A stretch of DNA of 63,990 nucleotides, the filler included, from Octopus bimaculoides (taxonomy: Eukaryota): NCBI RefSeq assembly GCF_001194135.2. It is 8 parts of 6 records of this genome, joined end to end, with 100 filler letters (N's around TTAATTAATTAA, not from the genome) between each part and the next. Parts side by side here need not be neighbours in the genome. Positions count along the whole stretch, not along the records: positions 18,389 to 25,284 come from NC_068981.1; positions 25,385 to 32,312 come from NC_068981.1; positions 32,413 to 40,638 come from NC_068985.1; 5 more parts are not named here. One strand, written 5' to 3'. The position numbers were made by a program, and so were the translations under genes. Shown in pieces: positions 22,920-34,599 of the stretch (position 1 is its first letter; every line of letters begins with the position of its first letter). The notes under the pieces were generated by a model. The model did not search any database and was not told where the DNA came from. It was given only the letters and a program-made list of their open reading frames with translations.

Positions 22920-24600
22920 CTAAAAATGATATACACAAGCATTTAACACACAAACACACATTATGCAGTAACTAATAATAAGTAATGATTTGGAAAAAAG
23001 TATAGTATAATAAAACCATTGAAATATATAACTTATCTTTAACATAGAATTCACTTACCAGTTTTTTAGATCATTGCTATATCTATAAAGAAAGTTTTGA
23101 TAAGAAACGAAAGACACTACATAGAAGAGACAAGAAGAAGGCATCATATTACATTTGAAATATATCTCAGGTACCAAATACACATGTCTTATTCCTAAGG
23201 AATTAAGCATGTAGAGAATTAGCTTTAAACCAGACAGAAATAGATATGATCAACAAAAGTAATAACAGGATAGGGGAAGGCTTAAAATTAACCTGAAAGG
23301 AAGGGAGTGTTAGAAGCACCCTGCACTAGGAGATGCTTACACCAGCTAGTAGCACCAGTAAAAGAGGAATGAAGAAAGAAAAGGAAGAAGTAGATATCAG
23401 TAAAAGAACTACTCTATCAGCTGTAGCTGAACTTTTATTTATTTTTTCTTTTAGGTAGAAAGAGGTGCCCACAGTCAAGGATTGATAAATAATAGATTTA
23501 TATAACTAGAACAGAAGCTAGTATGCCAAACAATCTGCTGACCTAGTGGGCATTTGGACTCAAATTATCTTATGATAAGACCTGGTAAGTTATTTGGCCA
23601 AGATTAGCATCAACAATATTTGAAAGCTGAATGCCTACTTGTAGTGGTCCATTAAATGAAGTATCTTTCCCTGCTGTTGAATTAGCTTAGGAGGTAGGAG
23701 AAAGTGCCAAAATTACATACCAGCATACTGTTTATGAAAGTAGTTTTATGTATCTTTCTATATCAACTTATAAAGGTAATTTCTTAATGGCAGCCAGTAA
23801 TTATAATGACTGCAATATTTTCATTATTACTGGGTATTTGTGAAGGTCTGTATGCTACAATGTGCTACCATCTATTCAAATATCAACCATATTTATTTAA
23901 TTGTCAATTGTACTAAAAAAAGAAATGAAAAAAAAATATATTCATCAAAATCTTTATCAAAAAGGCTACTGCTAGAGATAGCAAACCAACTGAAAACATA
24001 TGTTCAGGAACTAAATATATCAAAATTATTCTGCTTTGCAATAGACTTTATCAAAACCAGTGTGTGAAACAAGAGAAATTTTTTTTCTTCAGATTCATGT
24101 CAGTTTGAATATTTCATTTTAAATTAAGCTATTAGTTTATTCAAGGAAAGTAAATTGCACCAAATGAAATTATAATAGTCTAAAAATAATGTTTCTTAAA
24201 TATCTATCATAGAAATGTACTTTTAATGACAACTTTTAAATCATTAAAAGATCAGTCATAAGATTAAATGTATAAAGGAAGTTAAAATAGAATTGGAATG
24301 CATAATTAGCTAATTAAAGGTTTATAAATAAAAATAAAATGATGTGCTAATGATGAAAATGCTTACTGGTAAAGAATTCTATATGAGTGGGTAGATTTAC
24401 TTTTCAATTGATATTAGATACTTATTAATTTCCAAGAGAAAATTTTCAAGGAGAAAATGATTCACCTTTAGCTCTTGTAATATAATCTCAATTAAATATT
24501 CATAACCATTACAGTAATGCTTCTTAACAGAGTTCAATATAATTTCTCAAATTATAAAGTTTATAACAATTTGTAAAAGTGTGTGTATAAATATGTGAGT

Positions 24601-24684
<84 letters not shown>

Positions 24685-24730
24685 CCATAAGTGTGTGTAT
24701 GTGCGTGTGAGTGAGTGTGTATACATGCAA

Positions 24731-24911
24731 GCATGACTGTGTGGTTAAGAAATCTCTTCTCAACTACATATTTTCAGCTTCTGCTCTGCTATGCAGTATC
24801 ATAGTACCATGGGTAAGTGTCTTCTACTGTAGTTCCAGTTTGATCAGAGCCCTGTCAATGGATCTGGAAGACAGAACTTGACAAGAAACCCATCATAAAT
24901 GTGCATGTGTG

Positions 24912-24949
<38 letters not shown>

Positions 24950-25227
24950 TATGAGTATGAAGGCAATGACAAATGACCAAAACCTTCAGCAATATGCCGT
25001 GCTTGACAAGAAGACTCATCAAGCCAACTGTAGTTGTGACAGATACTGGTGTCATGCAACTGGCATGTAAAAGCACCCATTGCACTGTCAGAGTGGTTGG
25101 TGTTAGAAAGGGCATCCAACCATAGAAACCATGCCAAATCAGACTGAAGTCTAGTGCAACCCCTCAGCTTGCCAGCCCTGGTCAAACCACCCAACCCATA
25201 CCAGCATGGATGATGATGATGATGATA
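24731..25227 (+). mobile_element. SINE family B head, (TG)n, then a family C (RTE-like tail) element ending in (GAT)n
   Basis: gactgtgtggttaagaa...ggtaagtgtcttctactgtag; later aaagcaccc..gagtggttggtgttagaaagggcatccaacc...ccaacccataccagcatgga(tga)n. Confidence 0.75.
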
Positions 25228-25239
25228 TATATATAAGTA

Positions 25240-25284
<45 letters not shown>

Positions 25285-25384
25285 NNNNNNNNNNNNNNNN
25301 NNNNNNNNNNNNNNNNNNNNNNNNNNNNTTAATTAATTAANNNNNNNNNNNNNNNNNNNNNNNNNNNNNNNNNNNNNNNNNNNN

Positions 25385-25529
25385 GTAGCTGGTCTTCTCT
25401 TGGAAGAGCCCTGCTTCTCACATGGACAACTGTATGTTGGCTGCTCAAGAGTGGGCAGCAACAAGAAACCTATTTGTATATCCTCCACAAGGGAAAACAA
25501 GGAACATAGTTTACAATGAGGTGTTATAA
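25385..25529 (+). pseudogene. Helitron Rep/Hel PIF1-like helicase C-terminal fragment with one frameshift
   Basis: VAGLLLEEPCFSHGQLYVGCSRVGS, then a +1 shift, then RNLFVYPPQGKTRNIVYNEVL*. This matches the PIF1/Helitron motif VI (FSHGQLYVAxSRV) and the usual terminal TxNIVYxEVL. Confidence 0.85.
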
Positions 25530-25650
25530 TCACAACAGCAAGAAAGTATGTACATGATCACCTTCTTTTACGAAACTTCATTGACTTTCATATATTTATA
25601 TTGATATACATATATATACGTGTGTTTGGGTGCGTGTGTGTATATATACA

Positions 25651-25741
25651 TCTCTATATATAAAGATGATGCGTAGTCTAGACGGCGTTTTTAGATTTCA
25701 TTATTCTCTTTAACCCGGGCAACGCCGGGTATTTCTGCTAG
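25651..25741 (+). mobile_element. Helitron 3' terminus, possibly a complete 91-bp non-autonomous Helitron
   Basis: A|TCTCTATATATAAAG at the 5' side. Hairpin ACCCGG-gcaacg-CCGGGT (25713-25730), then atttctgCTAG|T, i.e. a CTRR end between A and T. Confidence 0.8.
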
Positions 25742-26008
25742 TATATTTATATTTATTGCCAAACTAACGTGGCAGTCCATAGAAATAAGACGAATGCTGC
25801 TGTTAATAGTTTCTTAGTTAAATCGCCTCTAGCTAGCTATATGACGCATGAACCTGCGCCCATAAACATTCGAACAGGGAAGGACATCAACTTCCCTATG
25901 ATGGCTTGGCATCCACAGACCGGTTTCAGAGTAGTTGTCCCTTATTAATGTGGAGCAGCCGAGTCCAGCAGCGGTCGCATACATATACATACATACATGC
26001 ATGCATAC

Positions 26009-26066
<58 letters not shown>

Positions 26067-27504
26067 TTAATCTGCAAAACACGTACCGAAATAGTGATGA
26101 TTACACGGAATATTTAATTTGTATATTATTTATAAGTATAATTGTTTCATATTCTATATTAGAATCTTTAAGAAAGTATATACAAATTACCTCTCAAAAA
26201 AACTTAATCTCTAAAGACACCTATTTTCTCACGCCTACTGGTGTGGTTTTTGTTGCCGTTTTCCGGCCGTCATTCGCAATCGAGGATGACTTGATAGCAT
26301 TTCGAGTTATAAACATCAAGTATTTTGCTAGCAACATAATTCGTAAGATGGAGGTTATGGGTAACGGACATATTAAATTACCTTCTTTGATTTAGAATAA
26401 ACTTACCAATGTCACAGCCCCAGACAGATCAAGAAGTCAACAAGTTTAAATGTATGCTTGTATAGTGTATATATAGAAATGAAATTTACTGCTAAATATT
26501 TACTACTATAATTGCAAAAATGGTGGTAATAGAAGGTAGTATGAAAAAAGTTAACTCAGAGAAGATATTTGAAAATAACTAAATGAAGAAAGGACGTGGA
26601 TGGAAAATAACTAAATGAAGGAAGGACCCTATTGGATGTTTATAATATACTATTGTTCGCCTCTATAGTCTGTTTTAGAGTTAAACTAAATTTAATTAAA
26701 TAAGTTGCAACAGTTCAAGATTAGGATACAGACTAGTTAAGACACAAGTACTTGGTATGTTACATAAGAGATAACTTAAATAGGGTCGGAGATTTTCTAA
26801 GAGAACACAAGCATTAATGGGAGTTAGATCTAGCTGAGTTTTTACATAAAATGTTTATGTGGAAATTTTAAGAAAGTTTTATTAAATAAGTATCAACAAC
26901 AGACTAATAACTCGTTATGCTAATTAAATTAGATCTACAATCGGATTTCCAGTGCCTCAACCAAGCACAAATTACAGTTACCACCTCTTCCAACAATAGA
27001 CTACGAAACTGAATAGTCTATATTTCTCCCTTTAATGGCACAGATGAACTTAGCCAGCAAAATGTTGTCTTCGTTTTTTGTCTTTAAAACAGTAAAATGT
27101 TATGTAATCTGGTCTTGAGTTTCAATCCCACCAGCCTTGATCTGGTTAGACATCGAAGATGGAAGAGGGGACTCTCATACATTAAAGAACATACAAAACA
27201 AATTTGAGAAAAAAAATTATAGTTAATAAATAAATAAATATTTAAATGATACTCATTTCAGCTCAGTAGAGTGACGGACTGTAAAACATAGTACCATGCT
27301 CAAGGACACATGCTGCCTGAACCAGTAATCAAACCCACAACCTTATGTTAATGAGTCCATTACTTTAAACACTTGGCCACTGTACAATGTTGCATATTTA
27401 GTGAATGATATACATCCTATTAATTCAGGGAAACAGAGGCTGTTTAGTAGCAGTGAGAGGAGTACAGAAAAAGAAAAGGAAAACAACAGCATCTGTGAGA
27501 TAGT

Positions 27505-28025
27505 GATTTTTGTTGTTGTTTGACCGTATGTAAAACTTGATTGAGCAGATGCCTATCATCAATGGTACTACAGCTGTAAAAATCTCGGGCTATACTGTCC
27601 TTCCTTTTTCGAGACTACAGAGTGTAGTTTTCGAAGATATTGGTCGCTATTTTTAGCAAGCTAAGTGACCACGTCGAGATTTTATCATTGGCTTATATGG
27701 ATTAATGATTACAGCGCATTGGTTGAGTGTGTCTTTTTAAGTGAAGAACAAACATAACAGAAGGGAACACGAAAAAACTTAATGAAGGTTTATGTATATG
27801 CTAAAAAGTCTGTATTTACCGTTGATGTTATTTTGTACTGTGTCAGCCTCAGTAGAAGAGCTGATCAGAATAGTCAAGCCACGACTTTTTTCAGGCAGAG
27901 TGTTATCTGTTACTATGTTAATAAATGTTCTGCCTTTTCTCTTTTTTTTTTAAGACGGCTGTTTGAATAGAGGAATATTTGACTGCTATTTCTAGTAGTT
28001 TGAGCAGCCGTGCATGTAATCCCTC
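27505..28025 (+). mobile_element. Two diverged copies of repeat family I (about 27505-27690 and 27830-28025)
   Basis: ttgttgttgtttgacc...gagcagatgcctatcatc...gctatttttagcaag; and ...gaatatttgactgctatttctagtag...ccctcgtt. Confidence 0.55.
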
Positions 28026-28493
28026 GTTAGGTCTGCGAGAATTCTAGTTAAAATGGTGTCGTTTAATACAAGTAGAAACAACTGCCACTTCTAAAACCCC
28101 ACGAGGAAAGAAATCCTTTCGGATACTCTGTATCTGCTAAATACAACTAACTTAGGCAAATCTAAGAATACCGAATTAGTGACAGAACAGCTCGAGGCTA
28201 AAACGGAAATTCGATTCCTATATGGAATTAACTATGTTTGAATTTCAGTGCATACTTTACAAAATGACAGCTGGAAGTGACCTAGGAACAATGAAAATGG
28301 AATGCTTGAATTCCGTTCTAAACATTAACGATAATCGAATTTAGCTTTAATTCTATTGTATACACGATAAGAAAATCACATTTAGTTTCTTCCTTATACT
28401 AAAGACAGTCGTAAAGTGGATGCACGCTTTTGTATGTGTGTAGCATGGGAATGAGAGAAGATAGAAAAAGAGATTGTATATACATAAGAATTC

Positions 28494-28494
<1 letters not shown>

Positions 28495-28529
<35 letters not shown>

Positions 28530-28810
28530 CATCATTATTTTGGTTTTGCTCAGGTTCGGTCTTATTCCTGGTAGGAATTATGTGGATACCGGGTTACTAC
28601 CTGTAACCTTAGGTATCCGCAAGTTTTCAGCAGTCTTTCAAATGCTTAGAACCCTCCTGATAATCCTTGCTGTCCCCAAGAAACAAACTTTCTATAGGAG
28701 CTCTACTGAGCATTCTATTTCAATTTCCTTTAGCCATTTCTCTGTATCATGGTTTACTGTTCCCAACGCACCAATTAATATGAGCACGACCTTTACTGTT
28801 GCTCCAAATT
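28495..28810 (-). mobile_element. R4/Dong-like non-LTR retrotransposon 3' end with a (TAA)n tail
   Basis: The minus strand translates VLILIGALGTVNHDTEKWLKEIEIECSVELL*KVCFLGTARIIRRVLSI*, carrying the IGALG..LGTA(R/H)I(I/L)R C-terminal signature, followed by a short UTR and (TAA)n. Confidence 0.8.
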
Positions 28811-28899
28811 CTTACTATTCAGTATCATCATCATCATCATCATCATCATTATTATCATCATTATTAATATCATCATCATCATCATCATCATCATTATTA

Positions 28900-29046
28900 T
28901 TAAAGCAGCGTATCGCTAGCGCGTTGGAAAATAGGCTTAATGGCATTGCTTCCGGCTCTTTGCCCTCTCGGTTAAAATCCTGCAGAAAATGGCTTAGCCT
29001 TACATCCTACTGGGGTCGTTGAAATAAGTACCGGTTAAGCACTGGG
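28900..29046 (+). mobile_element. Degenerate SINE family A copy running into a gap
   Basis: ...ttagccttacatcctactggggtcgttgaaataagtaccggttaagcactggg. Confidence 0.55.
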
Positions 29047-29572
29047 NNNNNNNNNNNNNNNNNNNNNNNNNNNNNNNNNNNNNNNNNNNNNNNNNNNNNN
29101 NNNNNNNNNNNNNNNNNNNNNNNNNNNNNNNNNNNNNNNNNNNNNNNNNNNNNNNNNNNNNNNNNNNNNNNNNNNNNNNNNNNNNNNNNNNNNNNNNNNN
29201 NNNNNNNNNNNNNNNNNNNNNNNNNNNNNNNNNNNNNNNNNNNNNNNNNNNNNNNNNNNNNNNNNNNNNNNNNNNNNNNNNNNNNNNNNNNNNNNNNNNN
29301 NNNNNNNNNNNNNNNNNNNNNNNNNNNNNNNNNNNNNNNNNNNNNNNNNNNNNNNNNNNNNNNNNNNNNNNNNNNNNNNNNNNNNNNNNNNNNNNNNNNN
29401 NNNNNNNNNNNNNNNNNNNNNNNNNNNNNNNNNNNNNNNNNNNNNNNNNNNNNNNNNNNNNNNNNNNNTATACCCATCATGACTACCCGTCTGATAAGGG
29501 TACACCAGGCACATGCATCACAACCATATGTGCGCGACATGGTGATCTCATATCAAAATAAACAGCGCATGA

Positions 29573-29848
29573 CACGTGTACCCTTAACGTAGTTCTCGGG
29601 GATATTCAGCGTGACTCAGTGTGACAAGGCTGACCCTTTGAATTACAGGCACAACAGAAACAGGAAGTAAGAGTGAGAGAAAGTTGTGGTGAAAGAGTAC
29701 AGCAGGGTTCACCAACACCCCCTGCTGGAGCCTCGTGGAGCTTTAGGTGTTTTCGCTCAATAAACACTCACAACGCTCGGTCTGGGAATCGAAACCGCTA
29801 TCCTATGACCACGAGTCCGCTGCCCTAACCACTGGGCCATTGCGCCTT
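29573..29848 (-). mobile_element. tRNA-derived SINE family F (head and body)
   Basis: The minus strand starts aggcgcaatggcccagtggttagggcagcggactcgtggtcataggatagcggtttcgattccc (A and B boxes). The body is shared with 59677-59937. Confidence 0.85.
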
Positions 29849-29949
29849 CACCTATCAGCAATACCCATCATACAAACAGCAAATTTCTCCAGACACTTCT
29901 CATCTCCAGAAGATATTCCACTCCCCGATTCCGAGCGATCAGACATCAC

Positions 29950-30505
29950 ATGTAGCTAGTCTGATCGGGGCGAGCAGTGGGAAATAAAAAATAAAAGAAG
30001 ATAAGAAATACAAAACCGCAGACAAAGAACAATCCTCGTCCACAAGAACAGTGGTGAGGATAAAAAAAGAACTCTGAAAAGCTAAAAATACCCAAAACAG
30101 ACACTACATCACCAACACTGCCACAAACACCTGAAAACTACTTCAATCAACAAACCACAAGCACAACCAATGCCACATACACAATGACACAACAACAACA
30201 GCAACAGCAACAGAAGCAGCAAATACAAAGAAAAAGCAGTACTATTATAAAGTACATGGCAATTAACTCAAAAAACGCAAATCTCATGAATTACATAAAA
30301 TCACACACGAATATAACAGATTTTGTTACATCCACAATCTCTGCACCTACACACATACAAATCATTCAAACAACACAAGACACATACACACACCTAAAAA
30401 CGAAATTTCCACAGGAAATCGGAGATTCTCGAGGGAACATCACCAGGAGAATAATACTTGGTGATTTTCTAGCGGAAACACCCCAATCCAACAGGAGAGA
30501 CAAAC
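29950..30505 (+). mobile_element. Probable LINE 5' region / ORF1 (gag-like) fragment
   Basis: A/C-rich strand bias, a poly-Q stretch, then an open frame (30184 onward: ...IIKYMAINSKNANLMNYIKSHTNITDFVTSTISAPTHIQII...). No diagnostic motif recognised. Confidence 0.3.
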
Positions 30506-30508
30506 TGC

Positions 30509-31662
30509 CCGATGGTCAGGCGGTCTACTTGCTGTCAGCACCAACTACGTGGTGGACTGGGCATGTCGTGGTTGATGGTGCTCGAACATGCGCTAAGGCT
30601 ACATTTCCTGCGCTTCATTGACAGTGAACAGGTGTGGTCACCTTTCGCCAGACACGTATTTCCCCATCTGGTCTTGTTAACGGAGCTGCAATTCTGTGTC
30701 AGAGACCAAGAGAAGGCATTTGGAAAATGGAATGTCTTGCAGCGCTCACAGTCCTCAGCCAGTCGGACACTGCGATAGGTGGAAAGTCCAGTTTAGCTTT
30801 CTATAGAGGATTAGTGGAGGAAAAGTGCGACGACGTTCTTGGGGAAATCTTGGCTGTCGAAGAAGATCAGCCAGCGGCTATCTTCCGGAGTACTTTCGAC
30901 CTGGGACTGATGGATAATTTCTAAAAATCTCTGACCTGGCTTCGTCTGTTCCAGATAAACTATGCAGGCACAGTAGTGCCTGACGGCCGAGTATGTCCGT
31001 CCTGCATGCACTCGTCCAGTGCCCGAGCATTGCTCACCTGTGGATTTATGTCGAACACTTGCTGTCGCGTGTGGGACGGATCCGGCTGTCAACTGAATCC
31101 ATTGTGAAGATCGTCCCGCCGCCTTCTTTTCATCGGGAAGGGCAGGCTGTCTTTATATGCATGGTGGCCATGGCGAAATAGGTTGTATGGTGGAAGAGAT
31201 TGAAAGAGCTGAAGACAAACACTTTTCTCTTTGGCCAATGCCTGATCAACTTCAAGTTTCACTTGAAAAGGAAAATAAGGGTGGAGTGGGAAGTGTTGCC
31301 ATCTAGCCATTTTGCTGAAAGGTGGATGAGAATGGCGCGAATGGTGCGTGTGAACGGGCCTGCTCTGAGCATACGCCCCTATTCGGAGAAGAAGAAATGA
31401 GAAAAGATACCTTCCCCAGAAGTCAGTGCAGTCGTGGTTTTATGGAGTTTTTTTTTATGAGCAGCTCTCGTTCACCAATTTCTCTATCCAGGATTATACA
31501 TTGTTAAAAATGTCATTTTTTTTATTACATTAAACTTGTTTACACACAAAGCTCTCACGACACATACTCGCATACACACGCGCGCGCGCGCATTCATTGT
31601 TTTTGTCCTCTACTGTCTATAATGTTTGTATTAATATAAACCCCTTGTGGTCAATAAAGAAA
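30509..31662 (+). mobile_element. Decayed Tx1/L1-like LINE: ORF2 C-terminal region and 3' UTR
   Basis: PMVRRSTCCQHQLRGGLGMSWL (the GGLG motif after RT), VWSPF, FYRGLVE, VLHALVQCPSIAHLW (remnant of the CCHC zf-RVT), and MAK*VVWWKR...FKFHLKRKIRVE. Several stops and frameshifts; aataaa near 31653. Confidence 0.8.
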
Positions 31663-31688
31663 CCATCATTAACATCATTATTATATCA

Positions 31689-31739
<51 letters not shown>

Positions 31740-31741
<2 letters not shown>

Positions 31742-31960
31742 GGCAGTGAACTGGCAAAATCATTAGCACGCCAGGCAAAATGCTTAGCGGCATTTCGTCC
31801 GAGATTCGTCCGTTTGAAGTTCAAATTCTGCCGAGGCCGACTTTACCTCTCATCCTTTCGAGATCGATAAATTAATTATCAGTGAAACACCGGGGTTGAT
31901 GTGATCGTCTAGTCCCCTCCCGTAAAATTGCAGGCCTTGTGGTTTTAGTAGAAAGGATTA
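31740..31960 (+). mobile_element. SINE family A full-length copy inserted in (TTA)n
   Basis: aaggcagtgaactggcaaaatcattagcacgcc...gttcaaattctgccgagg...caggccttgtggttttagtagaaaggattatt. Confidence 0.85.
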
Positions 31961-31989
31961 TTGTTATCATTATTATTATTATTATTATT

Positions 31990-32292
31990 GTTCAGTAGTT
32001 TTATTTTTATAACGGGCTTTCACTTCACTACCGAGCGCAGCACTATGCGCCTTGGGTATGTACAGTGGTTTGCTGTGGTACTTTTATGTTTACTGTATTG
32101 AAAGTGTTTTGCGTAGAATGTGTGCAGTACCCAGTAGTGCAATTTTCTGTATGTTATATATATTTGTAAGTCCTGGTGTTTTTGTTATGTATTTGTCTGA
32201 ATATTTTTTTATTATACCTAAGGCACCTACTATGAGAGGAATTGTTTCTGTTTTTAGATTCCACATTCGAGTTATCACTATTTCCAGGTCTT
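31990..32292 (-). mobile_element. R4/Dong-like LINE 3' end (second subfamily)
   Basis: ITRMWNLKTETIPLIVGALGIIKKYSDKYITKTPGLTNIYNIQKIALLGTAHILRKTLSIQ*, then a UTR and (TAA)n. Confidence 0.85.
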
Positions 32293-32530
32293 TGTATTTT
32301 GAAAGTTTTTCCNNNNNNNNNNNNNNNNNNNNNNNNNNNNNNNNNNNNNNNNNNNNTTAATTAATTAANNNNNNNNNNNNNNNNNNNNNNNNNNNNNNNN
32401 NNNNNNNNNNNNTGTGTGTATGTGCGTGTGTGTCTGAGTTTGTGTGTCTGTGTGTGTGTGTGTGTGTGTGAGCGTGTGTGTGTGTGTGTGAGTGTGTGTG
32501 TGTATGTGCGTGTGTGTCTGAGTTTGTGTG

Positions 32531-32727
32531 TCTGTGTTGGTCCCCCCAACATCGCTTGACAACCGATGATAGTATGTTTACGTCCACGTAACTTAGCTGT
32601 GCGACAAAAGACACTGATAGAATAAGTACTAGGCTTACAAAGAATAAGTCCTGGGGTCGATTTGCTCGACTAAAGGCGGTGCTCCAGCATGGCCGCAGTC
32701 AAATGACTGAAACAAGTAAAAGAGTAT
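32531..32727 (+). mobile_element. SINE family B distal tail (segment D) after (TG)n
   Basis: gtccccccaacatcgcttgacaacc...gatagaataagtactaggcttacaaagaataagtcctggggtcgatttgctcgactaaaggcggtgctccagcatggccgcagtcaaatgactgaaacaagtaaaagag. Confidence 0.9.
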
Positions 32728-32747
32728 ATGCATACACGTATATGTAT

Positions 32748-32781
<34 letters not shown>

Positions 32782-33355
32782 ATGTGTGTGTCAGATATGC
32801 ACATCCGTATCTACTGAATAAAACACAGAATGGAAAGAAAAAGATTTAAATCAAGATCTAAAAAATGATAAAAATATGGACCACAGAAAGAATTGCAATG
32901 ACTGAGAAGTACATGGAGTATAAGAAACTAGACAGACAAGATAAGACAGACAGACAGACAGACAGACAGATAANNNNNNNNNNCGTGTGTGTGTGTGTGT
33001 GTATGTGTGCGTGTGTGTGTGTGTGTGTATTTCTATCCACAAGACACACTATAAATCATTTCGTTATGTTTTGATGTTATATTTGTGTGATACACTCTTC
33101 AGGTGCAAAAAAAAAAAACATCCTAAAAGTGTCTCGAGTGCAACGGAAGCAGTTCGATTTTCCAATGAGCTATGGGCAAATTTTGAGAAATGAGAGTTGA
33201 TTTATGTCATCACCTGACATATTTATGTCCTATTAAGTATTGATACTAAGTGTATGCAAATCTGTGAACACGCGCATATATAAGTATATATATTTATATG
33301 TATATATATATGTATAAGTATATATATGTATATGTATGTATATATAGATATATAC

Positions 33356-33524
33356 GGCGCAGGAATGGCTGTGTGGTAAGTAGCTTGCTTACCAACCACA
33401 TGGTTCCAGGTTCATTCCCACTGCGTGGCACCTTGAGCAAGTATCTTCTACTGTAGCCTCGGGCCGACCAAAGCCTTGTCAGTGGATTTGGTAGACGGAA
33501 GCTGAAAGAAGCCTGTCGTATATA

Positions 33525-33573
<49 letters not shown>
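33356..33573 (+). mobile_element. Near-intact SINE family B head with (TG)n; the tail is presumably in the gap
   Basis: ggcgcaggaatggctgtgtggtaag (A box)...ggttcattccc (B box)...ccttgagcaagtatcttctactg...gaagcctgtcgtatatatg(tg)n. Confidence 0.9.
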
Positions 33574-34599
33574 NNNNNNNNNNNNNNNNNNNNNNNNNNN
33601 NNNNNNNNNNNNNNNNNNNNNNNNNNNNNNNNNNNNNNNNNNNNNNNNNNNNNNNNNNNNNNNNNNNNNNNNNNNNNNNNNNNNNNNNNNNNNNNNNNNN
33701 NNNNNNNNNNNNNNNNNNNNNNNNNNNNNNNNNNNNNNNNNNNNNNNNNNNNNNNNNNNNNNNNNNNNNNNNNNNNNNNNNNNNNNNNNNNNNNNNNNNN
33801 NNNNNNNNNNNNNNNNNNNNNNNNNNNNNNNNNNNNNNNNNNNNNNNNNNNNNNNNNNNNNNNNNNNNNNNNNNNNNNNNNNNNNNNNNNNNNNNNNNNN
33901 NNNNNNNNNNNNNNNNNNNNNNNNNNNNNNNNNNNNNNNNNNNNNNNNNNNNNNNNNNNNNNNNNNNNNNNNNNNNNNNNNNNNNNNNNNNNNNNNNNNN
34001 NNNNNNNNNNNNNNNNNNNNNNNNNNNNNNNNNNNNNNNNNNNNNNNNNNNNNNNNNNNNNNNNNNNNNNNNNNNNNNNNNNNNNNNNNNNNNNNNNNNN
34101 NNNNNNNNNNNNNNNNNNNNNNNNNNNNNNNNNNNNNNNNNNNNNNNNNNNNNNNNNNNNNNNNNNNNNNNNNNNNNNNNNNNNNNNNNNNNNNNNNNNN
34201 NNNNNNNNNNNNNNNNNNNNNNNNNNNNNNNNNNNNNNNNNNNNNNNNNNNNNNNNNNNNNNNNNNNNNNNNNNNNNNNNNNNNNNNNNNNNNNNNNNNN
34301 NNNNNNNNNNNNNNNNNNNNNNNNNNNNNNNNNNNNNNNNNNNNNNNNNNNNNNNNNNNNNNNNNNNNNNNNNNNNNNNNNNNNNNNNNNNNNNNNNNNN
34401 NNNNNNNNNNNNNNNNNNNNNNNNNNNNNNNNNNNNNNNNNNNNNNNNNNNNNNNNNNNNNNNNNATCAAGATCTAAAAAATGATAAAAATATGGACCAC
34501 AGAAAGAATTGCAATGACTGAGAAGTACATGGAGTATAAGAAACTAGACAGACAAGATAAGACAGACAGACAGACAGACAGACAGATAAATATCTTTCA

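Noticed and set aside
26402-26460. Strong minus-strand donor TTG|gtaagt near 26405
   Set aside because: There is no good acceptor upstream and all frames are closed within 50 nt.
29770-29848. tRNA-like sequences (also 11821-11896, 33356-33430, 50095-50170, 56825-56900)
   Set aside because: These are SINE heads: they have A/B boxes but no complete cloverleaf or acceptor stem, and they continue into repeat bodies.
32850-34589. Identical 124-bp blocks at 32850-32973 and 34466-34589
   Set aside because: Both abut N gaps and are 100% identical, so this is probably a contig overlap or haplotype artefact.
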